This document shows, one piece after another, positions 57,095 to 64,000 of a DNA stretch of 64,000 nucleotides (position 1 is its first letter; each line of letters begins with the position of its first letter). The translations under genes and the position numbers were made by a program. The notes below the pieces were generated by a model, which did not search any database, was not told the origin of the DNA, and worked only from the letters and a program-made list of their open reading frames with translations. Source of the DNA: an uncultured virus (IMG/VR IMGVR_UViG_3300045421_000122) (taxonomy: Duplodnaviria > Heunggongvirae > Uroviricota > Caudoviricetes); IMG/VR virus record IMGVR_UViG_3300045421_000122, one strand, 5' to 3'.

Positions 57095-57808
57095 TTAATT
57101 TTTTATTAATTTAGGATCACGCAAATCATCATAGTCAATACCCATGCCAATCCCAAACCCTGCTTTCTGAGCATTAGGACCTTGAAGAGCCAAAATATCA
57201 TTTCCATCTTTTGTTTTGCCACCACTAAAGACTCTGGCTTTCATGTCTTCCCATTCTTGTTGTCCTTTTTTGTTATTGCTATTTTTATCTAAATCTACCC
57301 CCTGAATTGCAGCAAGAAATTTTTTTTCTTCATAGTCAAGTTCTCTTTTGCTTGATATGGTAGCAATAAGTTCTGTAATAGACATAGATTCTTCTAGTTC
57401 TTGATAGTCTTTCCAAATGCCCAGCAAAAAAGCCTCAGACTCAAGTTTGGCTAAATCCAAATTTTCCCAAGTAGAACCACTTTCAGTTGCTTGATCTTTT
57501 ACTGATTGTTCAGATTTTTTATTTATTTTTATACCTGCAGTAATATCTAATATTTTATATATAGTTGGCAGATCTACATTTTCTTCAATATCTTTTATAT
57601 CTTTTGATATTTTAGGATAAAATTGTTTCATACAAATTCTTACACATTCTACTAAAATCAATATTGCTTCATCATCATTTTTACTAACACGAATTGATTC
57701 AAACGCATTCATAAACTCTCTTAAATATTTTATTTTTAATGGTATTAAATCTATGTCAGTACCATCAAACAATTTTATTGTTTCAGTTTTATATATTTCT
57801 GTAGCCAT
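57095..57808 (-). CDS. tail assembly chaperone (long form)
   Basis: Chaperone-like domain plus C-terminal WKDYQELEES domain; start revised to 57808. Confidence 0.75.
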   Translation of the reverse strand: MATEIYKTETIKLFDGTDIDLIPLKIKYLREFMNAFESIRVSKNDDEAILILVECVRICMKQFYPKISKDIKDIEENVDLPTIYKILDITAGIKINKKSEQSVKDQATESGSTWENLDLAKLESEAFLLGIWKDYQELEESMSITELIATISSKRELDYEEKKFLAAIQGVDLDKNSNNKKGQQEWEDMKARVFSGGKTKDGNDILALQGPNAQKAGFGIGMGIDYDDLRDPKLIKN

Positions 57809-57829
57809 TTTAACTATTCTATCATATGC

Positions 57830-57860
57830 AAAAGACCCATCCCTTTGTAGGGGATGGGTC
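57830..57860 (-). terminator. intrinsic terminator after the major tail gene
   Basis: GACCCATCCC...GGGATGGGTC followed by TTTT on the minus strand. Confidence 0.8.
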
Positions 57861-57880
57861 AAATTAATCTTAAATTAATA

Positions 57881-58522
57881 TTAAGATGCGGTATGGGTAC
57901 GATCTACGATCTTACCGTATGCACCAGAAACATCTTCTGGAAGCAAGCGGAATGAAACTTCAAACATTGAAGGTTCATCACGTTTTGCAGAAACTGTAAC
58001 ATTTTCAATTGAAAGTGCACGGTATCCTACATAAACACGTTCCACATTGCTTGAATCATCGCAGTCACCAGTTCCTGGTCCTACTGCCAAGATTGCTCGT
58101 TCTACTGGACATTCTCCGATATCGCCTGCTGAAAGGTTCAGTCTGCGACCTGCGGAAGTTGATTTTGTGCCAGAAAGTTCATCACTTTTCATTGCAAGAG
58201 CAACAAGAAGATTCTCAAGTGTTGCTTCAGCAAATGCTGTTGCAACGTTTACCTGCATACCTTGTTTGTACAATTTTGCAACGTCAAGTACTTGATCAAC
58301 TGCAACCTCACCGAAGTCAGGTTGAAATTGCATTTCAAGACCATTCATTGTGTATCCAACATTATCAAAATCAGGGTCTGCTGACAAGGTTGACTTGTAA
58401 GACTCTGTTGAGACAAAAGGATAGTCTGAAAATACATCACCATCTAAAGTCGTGTCGCAAATAAAAAACGCTGCGGCTCCAACTATAATATTAGTTGACG
58501 TACCACGGGTATATGCTGGCAT
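57881..58522 (-). CDS. major tail protein
   Basis: NIIVGAA, VGYTMNG, FAEATLENL; GAGGTG RBS. Confidence 0.8.
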   Translation of the reverse strand: MPAYTRGTSTNIIVGAAAFFICDTTLDGDVFSDYPFVSTESYKSTLSADPDFDNVGYTMNGLEMQFQPDFGEVAVDQVLDVAKLYKQGMQVNVATAFAEATLENLLVALAMKSDELSGTKSTSAGRRLNLSAGDIGECPVERAILAVGPGTGDCDDSSNVERVYVGYRALSIENVTVSAKRDEPSMFEVSFRLLPEDVSGAYGKIVDRTHTAS

Positions 58523-58592
58523 TTATTTTCACCTCTTTTTCCTTTTATTGATAAATAGGCGTGTTTCCTCATTTGCAATTATAGCATCGTTT

Positions 58593-59171
58593 TTAAGTAT
58601 ATGGATATTGTGCTGATTCTCCAGAAGTATGATAATCATATTCAATAATGATTTTATTTAAGAAAAGGGTCCTAGCAGAGGCCAATTCAGCCACATCTCT
58701 GCTTTCATCTACTTGATATACCCTAATATTGTGAAAATACACTCTGGCTGGATTATCTTCAGTTGCATTTTCAGCACTGTAATTATTTACATCTTCGGCT
58801 GCCGCATCTTCTCTATCTAAAGAGGCGCTTATTATTCTTACGGCATCAATTAATTTACCCACATCAGAAGAGTATATAAAATAAATTAATTGTTCTCTTT
58901 TGTGGCGATAAAACGGGGTAGGTCTAAATCTCATCATTCTGTCATAAACAATTAATATAGGAGATTCTACCTGTTGAATTGAAACGGTATCGTTATATAA
59001 ATCTTCTATATTTGTTGGATACTGTGCTGGAACCATAGGATTAAATCCTGCTTGATTAGGTGTTGAAGGACCAGAGGCTATTAGCCCAAATATTGATAAC
59101 TGCTCATTAACATAGTTATTAATAAAAGTTGGAGCAAATCCAGTATCTTTAAGATTTGGAGTATATGTCAT
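58593..59171 (-). CDS. tail terminator/neck protein
   Basis: Directly upstream of the major tail gene. Confidence 0.55.
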   Translation of the reverse strand: MTYTPNLKDTGFAPTFINNYVNEQLSIFGLIASGPSTPNQAGFNPMVPAQYPTNIEDLYNDTVSIQQVESPILIVYDRMMRFRPTPFYRHKREQLIYFIYSSDVGKLIDAVRIISASLDREDAAAEDVNNYSAENATEDNPARVYFHNIRVYQVDESRDVAELASARTLFLNKIIIEYDYHTSGESAQYPYT

Positions 59172-59845
59172 TTAATACCTACCCTTGCATTTGCTATCCA
59201 ACTAAAACCAGTGCTTACGCCTTTTGCCCTACCAGTTTTTGCTCCAGCCCTAATATTTTTCTTAAATATTGTAGGCTTGCTTATATAATCATATAAACCA
59301 GAAGCACGAATAAAAGATTGTTTAAAATATTTTAACATAAACTCATCAAACACATCTTCGTAAGAGCCTCTAACTTGATTGCCACCAGGATTTCTTACAA
59401 CAACAGGTTTTTTAGTATATATTGTTTCTCCGCCAGATTCAAACCTTAAGACTCCACCACTTTTTGGTTTAATAACAACAGTCTTTCCTTGTTCCATAAT
59501 TTTTGCTTTGTCATAAAAGGGAGCCGTTGCATCTGCAGATACTGTTTTAGATTGTCTAAAATTAGAAAATAATGACAAACCACTTTTATTAACAACATAA
59601 TTAATGTCAAATAATCTAGCGGCTGGACTTCCAGTTCGATACCATTCATATACATGATGCAATGCTTTAGGGTTTGCTCTAGCATTTGTATCTATGTATT
59701 GTCCTAGGGCTTTTATAACTCCCTTGCCAAGATTACTTAAGAATATTGTTTTGCCTTTGTCTACCCCGTCTAAAAAACCATAAGAGTATTTAAGAACATT
59801 ATCCATTGTTTTGGCAAAGTGCTTAGTGTCTGTTCTTGCTATCAT
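59168..59845 (-). CDS. neck/tail-completion protein
   Basis: Basic; LHHVYEW; synteny. Confidence 0.55.
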   Translation of the reverse strand: MIARTDTKHFAKTMDNVLKYSYGFLDGVDKGKTIFLSNLGKGVIKALGQYIDTNARANPKALHHVYEWYRTGSPAARLFDINYVVNKSGLSLFSNFRQSKTVSADATAPFYDKAKIMEQGKTVVIKPKSGGVLRFESGGETIYTKKPVVVRNPGGNQVRGSYEDVFDEFMLKYFKQSFIRASGLYDYISKPTIFKKNIRAGAKTGRAKGVSTGFSWIANARVGIK

Positions 59846-60294
59846 TAATCACCCACAGTCTGATTTTCAGCCCTGCGTAAAATCATTTTGTAATATTCTG
59901 TGCTTCTTAAAGCACCAACAAAAGGCTCTACAGTTGCAACCTCATAAATTGTTCCACGGCCTGCCCTTACTCCAGCAGTTTCTATATAAACTAAATCATC
60001 ATTAGAGTGTCTGAGGTTGGCAATCAAAATATTAGTAATAGCATTTTTTTCTTTTTGAGAGGATATTCTAGGATCGTTTTTAGTTCTTGCTAATAATTTG
60101 TTTTGTAGTTGCAAAAACGAATCTGCTTTAACATTTTCTGTGCTGTCCGTTCCAACTGACTCTGCATTACAGGCTATAGTTTTGTCAAATACCCAGTCTT
60201 TTTTAGGTTGACCATAATCTCCTTGAGAAATAATTGGGTAATAAACGTCTGCTTTAAACGGGTATACAAAATCAGTAGTTTCACACAAAACCAT
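59845..60294 (-). CDS. head-closure (stopper) protein
   Basis: Size and synteny. Confidence 0.55.
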   Translation of the reverse strand: MVLCETTDFVYPFKADVYYPIISQGDYGQPKKDWVFDKTIACNAESVGTDSTENVKADSFLQLQNKLLARTKNDPRISSQKEKNAITNILIANLRHSNDDLVYIETAGVRAGRGTIYEVATVEPFVGALRSTEYYKMILRRAENQTVGD

Positions 60295-61262
60295 TATAAA
60301 ACTCCAGGACGAGTTATTGTTTTAAGATATTTTTTTAATATTTTGTCTACTAGTAAATTGCCAGTTCCATTAAAAATATTTTTATCATGCTTAAAGTTAA
60401 ATTGATCAGTTCTGTAAGATTCTATATATCGTTTATAATAATCTAATTTGCCAGACTTTATGTCTTGAATAAGTATATTAGTTGCATCTTTAATATCGTT
60501 AGGTACTACTTTATACCCTGCCTCAAGATAAAACATGTAATCTACGCCTTCTGGAAAACTAACTCCACCCTGAAAAGTTTGAATATTAGCACTATCTGAA
60601 GTATCAAACCATGAAAACGAATCTGATGCAGCGATAGGCATTCTTGCTGGTTTTCTCTCTGCTCTATTCCATTGATCTACTCCAGCAGATGGATCTTTAA
60701 CAATACCGCTTTTATCTTTTGTAATGCTGTAGTCATAACTATCTAATGCTGGTTCTTCTTCGCTAGAGTCCCAAACTAATTCAGCATTTTCGTATGCTTT
60801 AAGAATTTTGTAACCCCTCTTCCAAATTGGAATATAGTCAGTGCCTTGACCAACCACTTGAAGCCATTCTGTAGTAAAATAAAATCCATCTGGAATGTAA
60901 GAGTCAATTATTTGTCTTGCTAATTTTTCATATTCTGTATATTCCGCTATTTCTGTAGCAGTAGTTCCAAGGTCGTTTGGATCAATGTAGGGTCTAAGTA
61001 TTTCTAAATTATCTTCAACCACAATATCTCCACGACTAGATCCATTCTTTTCATATATAGTTACAGCGTAATAATCATCATAATTAGAAAAAGAATCAGC
61101 CAAGGTGCGTGTTACTAGGGCACTAGCATTTGCTGTGACTGTCACATCCAATATTTCTTCATATCTATCATTGTTTGATATTACAAGAAAATATGATGTA
61201 CTTGCTGTTGGAACAGTATATTCAATGCTAAGCGGGTATGGGGGAAGTCTTAAAATTTCCAT
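60294..61262 (-). CDS. head-tail adaptor protein
   Basis: ARQIIDSY, GYKVVPNDIKDA, TGNLLVDKIL. Confidence 0.7.
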   Translation of the reverse strand: MEILRLPPYPLSIEYTVPTASTSYFLVISNNDRYEEILDVTVTANASALVTRTLADSFSNYDDYYAVTIYEKNGSSRGDIVVEDNLEILRPYIDPNDLGTTATEIAEYTEYEKLARQIIDSYIPDGFYFTTEWLQVVGQGTDYIPIWKRGYKILKAYENAELVWDSSEEEPALDSYDYSITKDKSGIVKDPSAGVDQWNRAERKPARMPIAASDSFSWFDTSDSANIQTFQGGVSFPEGVDYMFYLEAGYKVVPNDIKDATNILIQDIKSGKLDYYKRYIESYRTDQFNFKHDKNIFNGTGNLLVDKILKKYLKTITRPGVL

Positions 61263-61594
61263 TATTCTATGCCATAATATCTTGCTAACTCCTGAGGGGT
61301 TGCTAATCTAACACCTTTACGAGTTAACCACCAATTGGCTGCCTCCTTATTGACTATATTATATCCGTTTTTCAAAACACCAAATTCTTTATTTATACTA
61401 CGTTTACTATTATTTGAAAACAATGCAACTTTTTCTGAATTTTCTGTTTTGGCTATTTTCACAACCTCTTTACCCTCTAGTATTTTAAGCATTTGTTCTC
61501 TTGTTCTTGCATCTTTTAAATCAATATCATTGTTTTTAGCAAATGATTTTATTTCAAACACACTTTTTGTTTTTAAATTTTCTACATCTAACAT
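61262..61594 (-). CDS. hypothetical protein with Rho-N/HeH-like motif
   Basis: LKTKSVFEIKSFAKNNDI; GGAGG RBS before ATG 61594. Confidence 0.65.
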   Translation of the reverse strand: MLDVENLKTKSVFEIKSFAKNNDIDLKDARTREQMLKILEGKEVVKIAKTENSEKVALFSNNSKRSINKEFGVLKNGYNIVNKEAANWWLTRKGVRLATPQELARYYGIE

Positions 61595-61627
61595 ATTTTC
61601 CTCCACTGTCATTATATCAGAAATACT

Positions 61628-61659
61628 AAAAGAGAGCGGTTTTTACGCCGCCCTCTTTT
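61628..61659 (-). terminator. intrinsic terminator after the capsid gene
   Basis: AAAAGAGAGCGG...CCGCCCTCTTTT. Confidence 0.7.
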
Positions 61660-61677
61660 AATTTTGTTGCTTATATT

Positions 61678-62805
61678 TTATGAGTCTGCGCTATCTGCGT
61701 CAACATATGCGACTGCATCTAACTCTTCCCATGCTAGACCAAAGCGAACAAATACTGTATATTCTACAGTGTCTTTCTTTGGCTTATATTCACGATTTAC
61801 TGTGATATCTCTCTGGAAGCCCCATACACGGTTATCAGGGAATGTCAAATCGACATATCCTTCTGGATAGTAAGGAACCTCAAGAACATCTACACCAAGT
61901 ACACGAGTTGTACGTGATGGACCAAAGGTCTGTGCTGTACCATCAAGGAATTCTTGACGGTTTGCTTGTGTGCTACCAATTCTGTCAGCGAATGCTGCAG
62001 AAATAGCATCTGCAAGTGTACCGTTGTTTCGAACGATACCAGCAAAAGCATCAGTGCCTGCATAGAACTTTAAATTACTCTTAATGGCACGATATTTACG
62101 TGGCATTGCCAATAACAAGTCTTGCATCACTGTTGTTGTGAAGTTATTGTCTGATACTGTTGCGCTTAATTCGTGTGCAGCATTTCCTACTGTTCCACGA
62201 GTTTGCTTGATGAATCCAGACATAATTGAAAGGAATGTGCCTGTTGCACCGTCACCGTTAATAGCCAAGTCTTCAATATCATTACCGAAAGCATTGGTCA
62301 TTAAACGAACTAGACGATCTTCAAGGGCTGCACCTTCAATATTGTCTTCCAAAGACTCTGTAGAAACTTCCCAATCAAGACGAATCTTTTTGGTTGTAAG
62401 TTCTACTTTGCTGAATGTAGCACCTGCGTTTGTGTAAGTGTCATCTGCTTGTGCAGCGGCACGAATCACACGCTCACCAACGTTAACCTTTTCGATCTCC
62501 ATGGTGTTTGCTCTCATTGTAACTCTACGACCATCTTTGGCGAGAACTGTTGCATCCCACACGTAGTCGATAAAGCGGCGAGCCTGTTCTGGATTAAGTA
62601 CGCCTCCGTTTGTTCCTGGGAATGGATTAACAGCGTTTGGTCCAGTTGTTACACCAAAAGTTCCACCGCTAACGTTACCAAGAGAACCTGCAGGAGATAC
62701 GTTACCATCTGGATCTGTTGCAGTTGCACTTCCAATACCACCAGATACGAAAGCACCTGCTTCAGCAGCCTTAATCAGTTTTTCTTGTATTTCTTGTTCC
62801 GACAT
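61678..62805 (-). CDS. major capsid protein (HK97 fold)
   Basis: GGVLNPEQARRFIDY, LEDNIEG, DIEDLAINGD; GGAGGTG RBS. Confidence 0.92.
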   Translation of the reverse strand: MSEQEIQEKLIKAAEAGAFVSGGIGSATATDPDGNVSPAGSLGNVSGGTFGVTTGPNAVNPFPGTNGGVLNPEQARRFIDYVWDATVLAKDGRRVTMRANTMEIEKVNVGERVIRAAAQADDTYTNAGATFSKVELTTKKIRLDWEVSTESLEDNIEGAALEDRLVRLMTNAFGNDIEDLAINGDGATGTFLSIMSGFIKQTRGTVGNAAHELSATVSDNNFTTTVMQDLLLAMPRKYRAIKSNLKFYAGTDAFAGIVRNNGTLADAISAAFADRIGSTQANRQEFLDGTAQTFGPSRTTRVLGVDVLEVPYYPEGYVDLTFPDNRVWGFQRDITVNREYKPKKDTVEYTVFVRFGLAWEELDAVAYVDADSADS

Positions 62806-62829
62806 ATTATTCACCTCCATTTTCGGTTT

Positions 62830-63999
62830 TTACTTAAATAGGTCGGCATTTGTGAGGAAACGTCCGCCCCATAGGGATTTTTGAGCCTTCATTTCTGAAA
62901 ACTCCTGCACGATCTCGCCTAGATCGCCAGACTTGCGGAAAGCGGTATCTGCTTCAACTGCATCTACTCTCTTTCCAAACTCATCAAAAGAACCCTTTAC
63001 TTCTTTTATTTCATTTGTTACGGAATTTACTTTTCCTGTAACATCTTCAAGGGACTTTGTAATTGCTGCAACGGTGTCTTGTACAGACTTTACTGTTGCT
63101 GCAAGATCGCTCAAGGCATTAGTTAGAGAATTTTTTATGTCTGTTACAGACTTATTAATTTCTGAAACAACATTAGTTTGATTCTCTACAACTTCTGTTA
63201 TAGAAGGAGCAACTTCATCAGATTTAGCAAGAACAGGTTCTGCAACTGCTTCTTCAACAATTGCCTCTGCTTCTGCTACAACTTCTGCTGTAGCCTCTGG
63301 AGCAACCTTAACATCTTCAACAACTTGTGTCTCTTCAACAATTTTTGTTTCAGTCACAATTGATGTTTCTTCTGTCATAAGATTATCCTCCTTTTTAATC
63401 TTAATTGTACTAATGCCTTTTGCACTATCAACTAAGAATTTTATTTTTTCTGTATTTTCTTTGTCAGATTTTTCTACAAAACCAATATTCTGCATGGGTT
63501 TTCCAGAATGTGGACTTGCTTCTGTTTCTGAAGATGAAATTAAAACTATGTCATTTTCTTCATCCCAAAAAACATTTTCAATTTCTGCTTTTGCTAAATA
63601 TCCGCTAAGTTCTCCTTTTTCAATAGAAATTACGTTAGCAAATTCATTGGCTGGATTATCAACAAGTGATAATTCACTTAGTTCATATTCTTTAATAATA
63701 CGCACTGATTTTTTTAATTCTTCATTAAATTCATCATCAAATTTTTTAATGCTACCACCAATTGAAAAGCCAGTCAAAGTTCCATCAAGAACCTTCTCCC
63801 ATGTATTTTGTGCTCCTTTAGAAACATAGGCTGAAACATAAACTCCGCTATAAAATTTTTTTACTTTAGGATCAAAATAACGATCTTCTTTAAAAGAAAC
63901 AACCTTACCTACAGCACTGGGTTGATGCATTTCGCGAAGGTTGCCACGAAATTTTTTAAAAGCGGTCATGCTTGCGTCTGTTGTTACAATGTCATTTTG
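62830..63999 (-). CDS. prohead protease/scaffold fusion (5' end outside the window)
   Basis: LREMH, GFSIGG, ELSLVDNPAN; acidic and coiled-coil C-terminus; frame open to the window edge. Confidence 0.9.
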   Translation of the reverse strand, partial: QNDIVTTDASMTAFKKFRGNLREMHQPSAVGKVVSFKEDRYFDPKVKKFYSGVYVSAYVSKGAQNTWEKVLDGTLTGFSIGGSIKKFDDEFNEELKKSVRIIKEYELSELSLVDNPANEFANVISIEKGELSGYLAKAEIENVFWDEENDIVLISSSETEASPHSGKPMQNIGFVEKSDKENTEKIKFLVDSAKGISTIKIKKEDNLMTEETSIVTETKIVEETQVVEDVKVAPEATAEVVAEAEAIVEEAVAEPVLAKSDEVAPSITEVVENQTNVVSEINKSVTDIKNSLTNALSDLAATVKSVQDTVAAITKSLEDVTGKVNSVTNEIKEVKGSFDEFGKRVDAVEADTAFRKSGDLGEIVQEFSEMKAQKSLWGGRFLTNADLFK

Positions 64000-64000
64000 T

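Noticed and set aside
27794..63829. Numerous plus-strand ORFs of 60-150 aa opposite the replication and structural genes
   Set aside because: They are antisense shadows of well-supported minus-strand genes, with no RBS or recognisable motifs.

Overview
This window is 64 kb of a large, AT-rich tailed dsDNA phage (siphovirus-type) genome. The host is inferred to be an actinobacterium, plausibly a freshwater low-GC lineage, from WhiB, GAAAGGA ribosome-binding sites and many leaderless genes. The + strand (1-17138) holds an early region of small genes, each with a sigma-A/sigma70-type promoter, plus tRNA-Asp, a repeat-rich non-coding locus (about 6640-7250), an IscA/HesB Fe-S carrier and a glycosyl-/methyltransferase island. 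The - strand (17186-64000) holds holin, WhiB, nuclease, Hsp20, three tRNAs, proteases, CHAP endolysin, an S-layer-like protein, terminase, the recombination/replication block (RuvC, Cas4-like, RecA, DnaE, SSB, primase, DnaB), tail genes, tape measure, head-tail genes, major capsid and a truncated prohead protease/scaffold. The most notable unannotated signals are: (1) six copies of a ~26-30 nt H-type RNA pseudoknot with compensatory base changes at transcript 3' ends; (2) four CRP-type TGTGA-N6-TCACA boxes upstream of early promoters, with further operator-like motifs; (3) an origin-like locus with inverted iterons and a perfect-consensus promoter that has no ORF; (4) a candidate sRNA; (5) a shared C-terminal K-x(1-2)-W-x-G-x(1-2)-F tail linking the scaffold to two modular proteins; (6) duplicated tail-assembly chaperone genes in place of a frameshift. 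All family calls come from motif recognition by eye; no database searches were run.
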